From a virus (lineage: Duplodnaviria > Caudoviricetes), in the IMG/VR virus record IMGVR_UViG_3300043773_000950, positions 1 through 52,743 of that record: 52,743 nt of DNA. The stretch is one strand, 5' to 3'. Position numbers and translations under genes: made by a program. The notes beneath the pieces are model-generated. The model was given only the letters and a program-made list of their open reading frames with translations, searched no databases and was not told the origin of the DNA. Position 1 is the first letter of the stretch. Each line of letters starts with the position of its first letter. Below are positions 7,875 through 19,100 of this stretch, piece by piece.

Positions 7875-8090
7875 ATGAATGATATAGTAATAGAAACGCC
7901 AGAACAGTTCCGCTTGTATGCCCTACTCAAGCTCAAGGCCGCTCTTAAGTTAGAGTGCGCCGGAATGCGACACAGTAGAGGTCATTCGGCCTATGGGATA
8001 GTCAAGAGGTCTTACGGATTCAAAGGCAACCGCGAGTCCGTCCTCAAGCAATTCACCGATAAGATCAACGAGATGTATTCCCAACAATGA
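7875..8090 (+). CDS. Hypothetical protein
   Basis: 71-aa ORF after the last repeat unit; ALKLE..GM..SRG pattern. Confidence 0.7.
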   Translation: MNDIVIETPEQFRLYALLKLKAALKLECAGMRHSRGHSAYGIVKRSYGFKGNRESVLKQFTDKINEMYSQQ

Positions 8091-9703
8091 CACTCGACAA
8101 ATTGCTTGAAACTCTGGACTTCTGCCAGCCCATCAGAAAAGAAACCAAGGTCGGGACGCGTCTTCTTCGGAAGGCGCAACCTACCAAGGAATTCTGGGAC
8201 ACCTACAAGATCGACAAGCAGTCCTATTCCAAAGAACTCAAGAAGATTGGAATGTCAATCAATGAGTTCCGTGGTAATTGGGAAGTTGCTTGGTGGTCGA
8301 GGCCGGATTTGACATTCGCGCCCATCCCCAACTTCAAGCTGGAGATGCCGGAAGATATCGTTACCGATATTTCTTCTCTGCCTGCACTCAAGTTTCCTGA
8401 CAAATTGTTTCAATATCAGATAACTTCTGTGCAGTTGGGTGTCCGTTCGCTGGAGAAATACAACCGCGCTCTTCTTGGTCACGGCACTGGCATGGGCAAG
8501 ACGGCAATCGCCTTGGCTATCGCCCGTGAATTCGGCAAGAGGGTCGCAGTCATCTGTCCCAAGCCAATCGTCACAGACTGGCATAGGATGGCGAAATACC
8601 TCGGCGTAGAGACATACGATGTCTGTGGCTGGGAGTGGGTCAAGACGGGCAAATCCAAGATGGGTGGTTGGGTTTCCAAGGAGAAGAAGAACTTCAAATG
8701 GGAAATACCAAAAGATACTATTTTAGTATTTGATGAAGTCCATCGCGGCAAAGCATACAAGACCCAGAATGCCATCATCATCGCAGATGCGGTGCATCAA
8801 AACATCTCATCTCTCGCATTATCGGCAACGATAGCGGATGACCCAACCAAGATGTGGGCTATTGGTCAGTTCCTCGGTCTACACAAGGGGCAGGATTACT
8901 TTCCTTTCCTCTTGCGGAATGACTGCGTGAAGACTCAATGGGGCATGAAGTTCGATGGTGGACTCCATGTCTTGAGCAGGATTCACAAGCAGATATTCCC
9001 AGATCGCGGGAATAGGCTCAAGCCATCCGATGTTGGTGATGAGTTCCCAGAGACACTCATCCATGCCCGTGCATTCGACATGGATAGTGCCAAGGATATC
9101 GCGGCTGAATATGACAAGCTGCTTGTGCGTATCGAAGAGCTACGCATGCAGGAGAACTTCGCCGCTAATGTATTGGCAGAGCAGACAAGAGCAAGGCAGG
9201 CCGTCGAGCTACTCAAAGCTCCAGCGGTTTGCTCTCTCGCTCAAGACCTCATCGAAGAAGGCAATTCCGTCTTCATCGCGGTCAATTATGTCGAGACGCT
9301 CAAGTTCATGCAGAATGAACTCAAGACCAAATGCACAATCCAAGGCGGGCAGAACGAACTCCTGCGGCGAGGGAACATCGATTCCTTCCAGAACGACAAG
9401 TCGAGAGTCATCATCGGCATCACACAAGCATGCCGTGAAGGTCTTAACTTGCACGATATCAATGGAAGGTATCCACGCATCGCCTTGATCATGCCGACCT
9501 ATTCTGTCTTCGATCTCAAGCAAGTCTTGGGTCGTGTCCACAGGGCGGGCGGCAAGTCAAAGTCGATCCAATACCTCGTCTATGCTGCTGGAGTCGGCAT
9601 CGAGGAGGACATCTGCGAATCGTTAGACATGAAACTGAAAAGGATGGATCAGCTTATGGATGGCGAAATAGACGCATCCATCAGCTTGACTACATCAAAA
9701 TGA
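8087..9703 (+). CDS. SF2 (SNF2-like) helicase/ATPase
   Basis: GTGMGKT (motif I), DEVH (II), SAT (III), EGLNL (V), QVLGRVHR (VI). Confidence 0.92.
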   Translation: MTLDKLLETLDFCQPIRKETKVGTRLLRKAQPTKEFWDTYKIDKQSYSKELKKIGMSINEFRGNWEVAWWSRPDLTFAPIPNFKLEMPEDIVTDISSLPALKFPDKLFQYQITSVQLGVRSLEKYNRALLGHGTGMGKTAIALAIAREFGKRVAVICPKPIVTDWHRMAKYLGVETYDVCGWEWVKTGKSKMGGWVSKEKKNFKWEIPKDTILVFDEVHRGKAYKTQNAIIIADAVHQNISSLALSATIADDPTKMWAIGQFLGLHKGQDYFPFLLRNDCVKTQWGMKFDGGLHVLSRIHKQIFPDRGNRLKPSDVGDEFPETLIHARAFDMDSAKDIAAEYDKLLVRIEELRMQENFAANVLAEQTRARQAVELLKAPAVCSLAQDLIEEGNSVFIAVNYVETLKFMQNELKTKCTIQGGQNELLRRGNIDSFQNDKSRVIIGITQACREGLNLHDINGRYPRIALIMPTYSVFDLKQVLGRVHRAGGKSKSIQYLVYAAGVGIEEDICESLDMKLKRMDQLMDGEIDASISLTTSK

Positions 9704-9754
9704 AAAAGGGGCAGACTGTCGGTTCAACACCTTCAGTTCTGCCCCTCTTTTTTT
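9703..9754. terminator. Bidirectional intrinsic terminator
   Basis: AAAAAGGGGCAGA...TCTGCCCCTCTTTTTTT between convergent operons; a palindrome copy follows at 9754-9767. Confidence 0.75.
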
Positions 9755-9768
9755 ATCGTTGACGATAG

Positions 9769-10059
9769 TTACTCTGGCTTCGACACCTTGGCGGTCTGAC
9801 CGCTGATGTAGAATAGGAGTGCTTCCTGCAAGAGTTCGATGGCTTTAAGCCCCTCCCTCTGGCGGGTCTGCGTCTTGACGATCATGGTCGCCGCCGCGTG
9901 GAGCAGCGATGCCATGCCTTTGACCAGTTCGTTGGTCTGCTCATTCTGGATTTTCGGGTAGCTAAACTGCTCCAGTAGCCACTCCTTGATCTGGGCGGCT
10001 TGTTTCAGTTCCTCCTCCGTGTAATCGGGAGGCGTGTCGGTGTTTTTTGTTTCACTCAT
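9769..10059 (-). CDS. Hypothetical protein
   Basis: Probable start MSETK at 10059; last gene of the minus-strand operon. Confidence 0.65.
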   Translation of the reverse strand: MSETKNTDTPPDYTEEELKQAAQIKEWLLEQFSYPKIQNEQTNELVKGMASLLHAAATMIVKTQTRQREGLKAIELLQEALLFYISGQTAKVSKPE

Positions 10060-10061
10060 AA

Positions 10062-11012
10062 TTATTCTCCTTTCAGAAAGTTCATCCACTCGTTCTCTGC
10101 CGGATCAAACCAGCACTGGCTACGCAAGTCAATGACAAGCTGGTGCGGTTCGATCTCGTCTGGAACCTCCCTCACAACCTCAGAGTTGCTGAAGTTGGAG
10201 ACATTCAGTATCAAGAACCTGTGAGGAAGCTGCTTCATCGGCTCTTCCTTGCCTTGCGCCTCTCTCACTCTGCCGCGCACCTCTTGGCTCGACAAACTTT
10301 CTTTCTTTGCCGCGTCGAGAAGTGCAAGCATGTTGGGCTTCTTGAGGTCGGCATTTCCAATCTCTCTATAGACTGTGAATGGCAGCATGGGATCGCGTTC
10401 GCTATTCGGGAATGCCCTACAGGTTCTCGCGTATCCGCTCACTGTGCTGTAGTTCTTCTTGAACTGGGCGCATAGTTGATTGACCACATCTTCATGGCCC
10501 GCGTTTTCGAGTGCCACCACAGCGTCACCAATGATCCATTGGCTTCCAGACTCCAGAGTCAGGCCGAATGCGAATGCCTTGACCCAATCCTTCATGTCTA
10601 CTTTGCCCTTGGGAACGCACTGGGTGAGTCCCGCACCAAGGTCGAATGTCTTGGTGAAGCTCGATAGCTCCAAGCCATCCTTCACACACTCGACAAGCTC
10701 CAGCTTCTCGTTGTCTGGTTCTGGATTATCGTTAACGATAGGTTCGCTTTCCTTGGACTGCGACAGATCTACTGCCGCCTCATAGTCAAACGACATCTTC
10801 TCATACATCTCCGCAACTTCGTCGGCTGCGTTGTCTTCCAGATAGGTGTTCTTCTTGACCTTCTCCCAGACTTTCTTGACCAATGTCTCGTTCATCTGGA
10901 TGCCTTTCCATTCCTCGGAGGCGAACTGGAGCATGTGCTTCAGGTATGTCGCCTCGTTGACCAACTGCCCGTCATTCGTCGGGCTGAACATTTCGAGTTT
11001 ACTTTGTTTCAT
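10062..11012 (-). CDS. Putative DNA-binding protein with LmbU-like HTH region
   Basis: SQWIIGD...YSTVSGYARTCRAF...R...LPFTVYREI...LL..A....LS..EVR resembles the LmbU-family pattern (W-x-x-GD...Y-x-T-x-x-x-Y-A...F...R). Confidence 0.55.
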   Translation of the reverse strand: MKQSKLEMFSPTNDGQLVNEATYLKHMLQFASEEWKGIQMNETLVKKVWEKVKKNTYLEDNAADEVAEMYEKMSFDYEAAVDLSQSKESEPIVNDNPEPDNEKLELVECVKDGLELSSFTKTFDLGAGLTQCVPKGKVDMKDWVKAFAFGLTLESGSQWIIGDAVVALENAGHEDVVNQLCAQFKKNYSTVSGYARTCRAFPNSERDPMLPFTVYREIGNADLKKPNMLALLDAAKKESLSSQEVRGRVREAQGKEEPMKQLPHRFLILNVSNFSNSEVVREVPDEIEPHQLVIDLRSQCWFDPAENEWMNFLKGE

Positions 11013-11238
11013 ATGTTTTACTGAACTGCAATAGTGCGAGGAGAACATTTCCTCGCGGGGTTACGCCGTATTCTTTGTCGAGAGCAAGCCAACGGCTGAC
11101 TTGCACCGCGCCTGATCTCCCCTCCGATATCTGCTCATCATAGGGAAGGTAGGCATTGAGGAGACGGGGCATATCCTTGATGAGAATATTCCCCTCCCTC
11201 ATTATTCTTAGAACATCACTAACGATGTCGCTGACCAT
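10999..11238 (-). CDS. Small putative DNA-binding protein
   Basis: 79 aa; VQVSRWL...TPRG HTH-like segment; overlaps the next gene. Confidence 0.5.
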   Translation of the reverse strand: MVSDIVSDVLRIMREGNILIKDMPRLLNAYLPYDEQISEGRSGAVQVSRWLALDKEYGVTPRGNVLLALLQFSKTYETK

Positions 11239-11239
11239 G

Positions 11240-12055
11240 TTAATCCCATGCTTGATCTGGCATGTTCGCCAAATCGTCTGGGTCGCCGGACTCATCAAGC
11301 TGGAGGTCTTTAGCCGCCTGCTCGACACACTTCGCGAAGTCAGAGGTGAATCCCTTCTCAAGGTAATGCTCGTAGAGCTTCTTGATCGCGGGCTTGCCTA
11401 CTGCTGCCAAGGTTTTGCCTTTGTTGCTACCTGACGGGACAACTGCTGTGCCCCAGTCCATTGGATCGAGCTTCGGCGCTGGCGGTGGCTGACTACCGAC
11501 CTTGATCCCCTTCCTGTTTACCTCGATGAAGATCGAACTCACATAGGTGCGGATTGTCTCTTCGTCATACTTCTTGTCGGCATAAGCAGACCGGACGAGG
11601 TCGTTGATGTAACGATGACCAAGCACCAATTCGTCCAATAATTGTTCAGAATTGATAGCACTTTGATCAATATTATGGGACTTTATGGCGGTTTTGGTAG
11701 GTTTATCCTGCACTTCTCCATCTACGGACACTCTTCCAGTCTTTGTCACCTTGATGACATCGCGGTCTACTGGGCCATTTTTGGACTGATACTTCTCATG
11801 GTCGAGCTTGACGCCATTCAAGCCCATTTTGCCACGGGTCGCGGATATGGTGACTTGTTTTCCTTTCAAGCTCTGGTCAAGGACTTGTTCCCAAACGGCA
11901 AGACCATATATCTCTCCGTCGATCTCAATGTCCCCGCCCTGCTTTGTGCATTCCCCGTTCTTCCCTTGGAATGTCTTCGGCTCCCAGAGCTTCGTAATGG
12001 TTCCGGTGACGCTTTTGATGACATCACCCTGTTCTATTCCTTGTAGTTGACTCAT
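11240..12055 (-). CDS. OB-fold single-stranded DNA-binding protein
   Basis: RPA-like N-terminus (VTGTITKLWEPKTF...G...LAVW), acidic C-terminal tail (DESGDPDDL...WD), next to an exonuclease. Confidence 0.6.
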   Translation of the reverse strand: MSQLQGIEQGDVIKSVTGTITKLWEPKTFQGKNGECTKQGGDIEIDGEIYGLAVWEQVLDQSLKGKQVTISATRGKMGLNGVKLDHEKYQSKNGPVDRDVIKVTKTGRVSVDGEVQDKPTKTAIKSHNIDQSAINSEQLLDELVLGHRYINDLVRSAYADKKYDEETIRTYVSSIFIEVNRKGIKVGSQPPPAPKLDPMDWGTAVVPSGSNKGKTLAAVGKPAIKKLYEHYLEKGFTSDFAKCVEQAAKDLQLDESGDPDDLANMPDQAWD

Positions 12056-12061
12056 ATGTGT

Positions 12062-12820
12062 TTACTTTGTTGGTGGTTTGTAGTTGTTTGCATGCTGCCA
12101 ATAGGCAACAACATGTTTGAACGCCTCGTATTCGGCGTTGATTGTCTCTTCTTCATACCAAGCCTCGCCAATTCGGCCCGGCTCAGTGGTGCTGATATAC
12201 AGGTTAACGCCACGGGGAGCGCCGACAATCTTGGCATACGCCGCAATCTGCATCGGCTCCTTTGACCATGGAGTCACCTTGTATTCTGGTTTAGTCTTCC
12301 TCGACTTGTAGTCCAGCACATGCAAGACTCCGTCAGCCTCAATCAAGGCGTCAGTTGTCCCAGCATAGCCAAGTTCCTGATTCACTAACCGCAGTTCGTG
12401 CTTTAGGAACTTTACATTGTGTTTTGCCGCCCATTCCTTCACGGGGGAAACATAACTTTCCATTTCTGGAGCGTATGGTAGCCCTTGGAAGTGGTTCTCC
12501 AGCGCCTTGTGGATGCTGGTTCCCAGATCGGCGGCATCTGTTACTTGCTGGAACGCGTCCTCCATAACCCGCGCACAGTAGTCCTCATCAGACTCGTCTG
12601 GGTTGCGGGGGAGCGTCAGACTCGCAAGCAACACTTGCTGCTGCTTCCACTTGTCCAGTTCCGGTGCCGCCAGAACCTTCATTATCGTCGTGACTGATGG
12701 GTAAAGACCAAGGGTCTTACAGTCTTTGAGTGTCGTAGGACGCATGCCGCCCTTCGACTTGTTTGGCACCTCAAAGACGGCTGTCCCATCCGCCGCGTAG
12801 TAGTGACCGGACTCCTTCAT
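12062..12820 (-). CDS. PD-(D/E)XK exonuclease
   Basis: YPSVTTI, GTSIH, YAGTTD, LDYKS and QIAAY motifs. Confidence 0.88.
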   Translation of the reverse strand: MKESGHYYAADGTAVFEVPNKSKGGMRPTTLKDCKTLGLYPSVTTIMKVLAAPELDKWKQQQVLLASLTLPRNPDESDEDYCARVMEDAFQQVTDAADLGTSIHKALENHFQGLPYAPEMESYVSPVKEWAAKHNVKFLKHELRLVNQELGYAGTTDALIEADGVLHVLDYKSRKTKPEYKVTPWSKEPMQIAAYAKIVGAPRGVNLYISTTEPGRIGEAWYEEETINAEYEAFKHVVAYWQHANNYKPPTK

Positions 12821-13005
12821 TTCTCGTAAACAGAGGAGACAATCTCTGCTACTCCACGAAGGTGTCTGGCTATCTTCGCAGCCTCGTCCCCGTTCTTGAG
12901 TTCACCAAGAGCGAAGACTCCACTGTTTGCTGTTGCTTCCACAAGACGGAGAAAAATCTCCTCTTGCATGTCCTGCTTTACTGTCGGTTTGGTTTTTTCT
13001 GGCAT
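12817..13005 (-). CDS. Hypothetical protein
   Basis: 62-aa ORF overlapping the exonuclease start. Confidence 0.6.
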   Translation of the reverse strand: MPEKTKPTVKQDMQEEIFLRLVEATANSGVFALGELKNGDEAAKIARHLRGVAEIVSSVYEK

Positions 13006-13013
13006 AGGAGATC

Positions 13014-13041
13014 AAGATAACACATCTGTTGCTATTGTCAA
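13014..13041 (-). promoter_or_regulatory. Sigma70-type promoter for the DNA metabolism operon
   Basis: Minus strand TTGACA, 16-bp spacer, TATCTT preceded by TGn. A palindrome copy lies just upstream at 13055-13068. Confidence 0.55.
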
Positions 13042-13171
13042 CACTTTTGTCTATTATCGTTAACGATAGTGGGGAGGCCATTTTACCGACCTCCCCACTC
13101 AACACATATGAACAAATACAACGAAACAAAGAAACGCTCTTTGCTGCGGAAACTCTACCACTCTTTGATTG

Positions 13172-16100
13172 CTATTCAAACGGAATTTCCTTGTCCATCT
13201 GAAGCTGGGATTTTACTCCCCTTCTGATCTCTCCAAGGTTGTTGGCTAAGTATTCCTGTGCCTCTTCTGTCGGGAGTTCATCGAGAGTGTCGGCATTGTC
13301 GATGACCCACTCCTTCATCAGCGGGCCAGCAATGCGGACAAACTCTCTCTGCTCTGCCAGCGTCATCCTCACACCACTGCTCCACTCAAGGCTACCCTGC
13401 CACTTGGGCGGGATGAGTCCGTTCCTGTAGAGGACGGAGAACGCTGGGTCGGGTGTCTCGCTGGATGCAATTCTTCCCACAAGTGACAATGCCCTGCGAC
13501 CCGGCCCGTTCTCTACCATGATAGAGTTGTATCTGACTGGGTCGCCAAAGTAGCCGAGTTTCTTGTCGAGGAAGAATGAGCTTCCGGGCATCTCGCGGAT
13601 TAGGTTTGATAGCCTTGTGTCCCCTTCCAGCTTCTCGTCTGTGATTGTCTTCTGGAAGTCACGCAGGATACCCGGAACAGCGAGACGGGAGATAATATTG
13701 GTCGCGATTCTTGTGGCATCCTTCGGTAAGTCTCTCGCCTCTTTGAGTTCGATGAGATCAGCCACACCAGTAAGGAATGACTGGTCGAGGGCGGCAACGA
13801 ATCCGATGGCAAATGGAGCGGCGATGACTGTTAGGGCTGCATCTGTAATCTCAATCGGCTGCTTCTCCTGCTTCTCTCTATACCTTTTTACGGCATCTGC
13901 GAACATCGATCCGGCTGCAATCGGAATAACGAGCGGCGTGTAGAGATAGGAAACATACTTGTCCCCCACCCTGATAGAGTAATTAGACCCGCCGTTCTCT
14001 CTCCAAATCTTATTCTGCTCTGGGTCTGCTGGCCCAGTAGCGTAGAACTGGACTGGCGGTCTGCTCTCTTGATCCTCGTCATCTCCACCAAGGAGTGCTG
14101 TAACTATGGCTGGTAAAGCGAAGGCTGCTGTTCCAATCATCCCCTTGATTGCGATATCTGCCGCCTTTTCTTCCCTACCAAGGATGAATGGACTCTTCTC
14201 CGCTCCGGGCTTGAGTTCGATCTTACCGCGAAGTAGCGGACTTAATTTGACATATGGCGCAAGCCTCGCCGCGCTGACATACGGGAGATAGTTGAGGTTC
14301 TCGTTAAGAACATTCGCCACGACATTGGTGAAAGGAATGAATAGCTGCGTGATCGGGCTGACCTGAAGTAGCTTATTACCAAGGCTTGCGATGAATCCTA
14401 CGACTCCAACTGGTTCCTGTGAATAAACGCTCTCCAGCGCATCTCTTTCGGCATCGATTCGCTTCTGATCTCCAAGCCTCTGCTTTGCATATATCTCATT
14501 TGCGCGGATGATGACTTCTCTTTCCTTCAGCTTGCCGCGAGATTTACTGGATGCGAGTTCAGCCTCTGCCTGCCTCTTCGCTGCCTCGTAGGCATCGACC
14601 TCAAAATCCTTCGCGCCGAATGACGCTGCCCTAACTTCATAAGCAGCCTCTCGCATGAAGGCATCTGTTGCCCGCATGATGCGCATCAGACCCCTCGGAC
14701 TGACAGTAGTGAGGACTGAGTTCAGCCACCTCGGAATCGCTTCGATCTTCCCGTCACCATAGGTTGTGAGTCCATAGACAAACTTGGGCGTGTTCTCTGG
14801 GTTTGCACCCTCAAGCACATTGAGCTTCGGATACTTCATCAACTTGTCATCTTGGATGCCTGACGGGTTTAATCCTGTCTGCATGACATAGGCGAACGAG
14901 TTCCTCGACGGGGCTTCCTTACGGATCGTTGCTGAATAAAGTGCGCGGAGCATCGGCCCGGTTGCTTTCCCCTTCGTGTAGATAGACCAGACAGCCATGT
15001 TACCAAGGAGGTTGAAGGTGCTGCCAAGGAAGTTGACTGCCTGCGTTCCGACCTGTGAGAGGAGCGCGAAATACCAGTAGCTTGAGAAGTAGTCTCTGGT
15101 TGTGAAGCCTTGCTTCTGTAGCAAGAACCTTCCCATTTTCTGCTCTTCGATGGCGCGGGTGACTCCTTCCGGCAGCGCGGATATCCTATCGCCCCATTCG
15201 CGAAGTATCTGGGCGAACTCTGGACTCCACTCAAGATATCCTTCTTGGAAGTTGTGTGTCTGGCGGAATGCTTCGTAGACTCCAAGGTCATCAAGCTGGC
15301 CCATGTTAGCCATCTCCATCAGCCTCTGGAGGAGTGTTCTCTGATTGGCCTTTGGCTTAATGTTGTTCTGTGAGAGTTTTTCCTGCGCCCGCTGGATCGC
15401 CTGTTCCAAGTTGATTGATCGCTGCGCCTGCACGGCCTTCGTCATCTCGCTCTCGATCAGTTTAGAGAGTTCGTTCGATGTCTTCTCGTCAAAGCCAAGT
15501 TCAAGGATGATGAGTTCGTTCAGCTTGTCCACGAATGCGCGGTAGTCGCTTGCCGCGAGTTTGGTGAGTCCCTTGAGCGTGGTAGCCAGCTTGAACCGCT
15601 CTTCCGCAGTAGCGACCTTCTTCATCGCCTCCTTCTCGATCTTGCCTCCGGTGATCTTTCCAGTCTCCTTGTTCACCTCGAAACCAAGACTCTTCTTCAC
15701 CCGCTTGGCAGTCTCCTCATCCAAGTAGGCTTGCGTCTCGGAGATAAACTTCTCTACTTGCTCATCCGTTGCTCCTACTCCTTTGAGTTCCGCCTTGATG
15801 TGGGCGGTCACCGCAGCCTGCGCGGCATATCTATTCTCCCCGATGTAGGTGATCAGGTCGCTAAACTTGTATTCAAGGAAATCAGCGGAATCCTTGATCG
15901 CTTGGTTCCGCATGGCATCGCTCCATTGCCTGTCCGCAAGCATCGAGAAGAGTTCCTTGTAGTCATTCTCAAACTCCCTCTTGTCGCTATACTGCTCACC
16001 GATCTTCTTCTTTAGCTCCGCGATGAATAGCTTGTAGTCATTATCGTTACCGATAACCGACTTCACTTGAGCGAGGAACTTGCCTTCCCGCTTCTTCTTC

Positions 16101-19100
16101 ACCTTCTCCTTGGCGGGTTTACCCTTCTCCTCGATCTCCCTAGCGGTCTGTTTAGCCACAGCGGAGAATGCCTGATAGACATACTTGTAGACATCGTCTG
16201 GAGAGAATCCCTTCCTTGCCGCGCCGATGGACATGATCGCCTTCGCAGTCTCATCCACCATCATGTTGGCATACTTGTCCCCGCCCAGATCGAATATTGA
16301 GGCACAGAACTCAAGGACGATCTCACGCGCCTTGCGGGTCTTCTTCTTGGCTACTGCCTTTCTGATAGCATCCGCAGCGGCCTGCGGGTTCTTCTCAGCG
16401 ATCTTCCTCAGTTCCGTAATGCGGGAGATGACTCCTTTGAGGGCGAATACATTGTCGATAGCCTGCCTCCTGTCTCCACGGACAGCTTCCGCTACCTCCG
16501 TGAAGTTTCCTTTCACGATTGTGTAGAGGTCGGCAAGTGATGCCACAACTCTCGACTTGTATGCAGCCACCGCTGTTCCTGCGGAGCCAATCTGCCTCAC
16601 GGTCTTTGCTGCGTTGAGTGTCCTCGCGCTGCCTTGCTGCTGATCGACAATCAGCTTCGCAAGATTCGCCTCCACATCCAGAGAGTTAAGTGCGATAGAC
16701 TCACGATCCTTGGCTGACGCGGAGGAATCCATGATCTGTTCCCTATAGGCTGGCATCAGCTTGTAGATCATCGGAGTGATGCTGGCGATCTCCGACTGCG
16801 AGAGGTTGAATCTGTTCAGTCCATTTCCAATATCGGAAGCCACAGAGAAGAAGTCCGCATCTGGATTGTTCTTGAATATCTTGGTCAGCGCCTTCGCTGC
16901 CTCTTCTGAGGTGTTGCTGGTATAGAGATTCACTCCCAGCGAGTATGGAGAAACAAGTGCTGCCGGATATGTCTTCCCCTTCTTGGTTGTCCGCGAGACA
17001 TATTCCTTCCCTGCACGGGAGCGGCGGGGCTTGATCTGCTCGATCATCCCCTCAATCTGGCTGACCATATCATCCGTCAGTTTTCTATGAACTGATGCGG
17101 CCCTTGGTTGTGCTGCTCTTGGGGCAGCTTCTGGTGTAGGTTCAATTCCAGACCTTGCTATGATTGTTGTTGATGGATCGAATCTCATTGAGAGCGGGAC
17201 TAATGCCCCCTCTTTGAACTGCCCAGAAGTCACCATCGGGTCTTCTTTGTCGAAGAATGTGAATGGGTCGGCGGACTTGATTTGCTCTGGCTCAAAGACA
17301 ACATAGATGTCTTCCGGCAAGAACCTTCCCTTGAGAATTGCGTCAAGTCTTCCTGTCTCTCCAGCATCGTAGGTGTTTTTGAATATCGCCCCATCTCGGC
17401 CTTCCTCTTTCGCCTTCTTCAAAAGGTTGTTGTATGACTCTTCGCGATAAACGGAACCCTTGAAGTCTTTGACGAGAGGATTGTTGAGTGAAAGGTAAAC
17501 TTCATATCTCTGAGGAAGCGGCTGCTCATCGAGTTCTTTTGACATCCTTTCGATGTCTGCCCTCATCCTTTCCGTATCTTTTAATATTCTCTCTCTGGCT
17601 TCTGGGAAGCTCTCTGCAAGTTCTTCTGTTCTCCTGAGGATGTCTTTGTATTCACTGATAATCTTTGCATTCTTTTTCCTAAGATTTTCACTTTCCTTCT
17701 TTGTATAAAGGAAGTTACCAGCATACATGTAGAACTCTGCCGTCTTCTTTCTTGTTGTGAAGAAGAAGCCCTTCTTTGCAGATGGCGCACCCGTTGCGAG
17801 TCCAAGTTTTTCCTTCAAGAAGGATGTGAATTTACTTTCAGATGTGGCGCTACCATGAAACAGTCTTGGCGAATTATACCCAGCGGCCCTTGCTGCCGCG
17901 TCTACCATTTTCTGCGCTTCTGCCTCGGCTTTCTTGTCTCCGCGAAGTGCGGCTTCGTAGAGGCCAACAAAGCGATCATTCATCTGCGGAGTCACTCCCG
18001 CCCGCGCCGTTATCGTTGACGATACTGGCTCTGCGGCGGGTTCTGTAACAGCTTCTGCCTCCGGTTCTGTCGTTACAGCGGCTTCCGGTGCCGCTGCTCT
18101 GGTTGGCTGCGCGGCACTGTAGTCCTTAAACTCATAGTTCGCCTCCCCGCCGACGATGCCATACTCGTCCAAGATTCCGTTGATGGTATCTTCCATCTTC
18201 TTGACTTCCCGCGTCGAGGTTCCTTTGCCAAGGTATCTGACAAGGGAATTGCGTAGCATCTGGAGGGCATTGAGGATGGCATTCTTGAACTGTGAGATCG
18301 CCGTCCTGCTCTTGTCTGTGAATGCTTCTCTCTCTGCTGCGCGGATTGCGTTCAAGTCTTCCGTGATCTGCCCAGTCCTCACGCGCTGGATCACCATACG
18401 CATGAATTCCATTGAGAGCGTCACATCGTCCAAGTTCTGTATCTTACCAAGATACACCTGTGAAACATTCGGGACTACATCAGGGTTCGTCCTTCTGACT
18501 TCCCTCGCGATCTGCGTGATCCGCTGAACCATGAACTCCTGCTCGGTGAGTTTGGGCTTCTTCTGCTTGGCGTATTCCTCTTGGATGGCCTTATACATCG
18601 AGAGGTGGATCATCTCCTCCTCCAGCTTCTTGGAAGCAGCCCGCGACTCTTGGTCGAGTGCGGCATCCTTGCTTGCAGCCCGCTTCTCTCCCTTGATAGC
18701 CGCATCCTTGAGTTGATTCACATCAGGAAGAACCAAGTAGAGCTTCCCTCCAGAGTAGGCTGCCATGTATGTTCCACTATCTGCGGTTACTGGCTTGCGC
18801 CCGGATATTCTGGCAAACTCTTCCGAACTGACAACATTCGCCCCTATTCCGGCGAGGAATCCAGCGTTCTTAGTGATGCCAGTTCTAATAGCATTCTTGA
18901 GCTTCTGTGCGCGTTTACCAACCGCCTTGATTCCCTTGAGTGCCTTGTCTGCTTGTTTGACGAATGCATTGAGTATCGGCCTCTCTGGATAGAATGTGCC
19001 ATAAGGATATTCCCTGCCCGATGGTGGCCTCGCAGCCGCCCGTGTCGGCGTTGTGGCTTGAGGTTCGATTCCCTGCTCAACAGCAGTAAGCGCGGCGAGT

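Noticed and set aside
12062-12820. Cas4 / CRISPR adaptation gene
   Set aside because: Lacks the four-Cys cluster of Cas4; the SSB neighbour fits an ordinary phage exonuclease.
13068-13099. Hairpins at 13068-13099 and ~36988-37010 as intrinsic terminators
   Set aside because: Strong stems but no U-tract in the transcribed (minus) direction; left unassigned.
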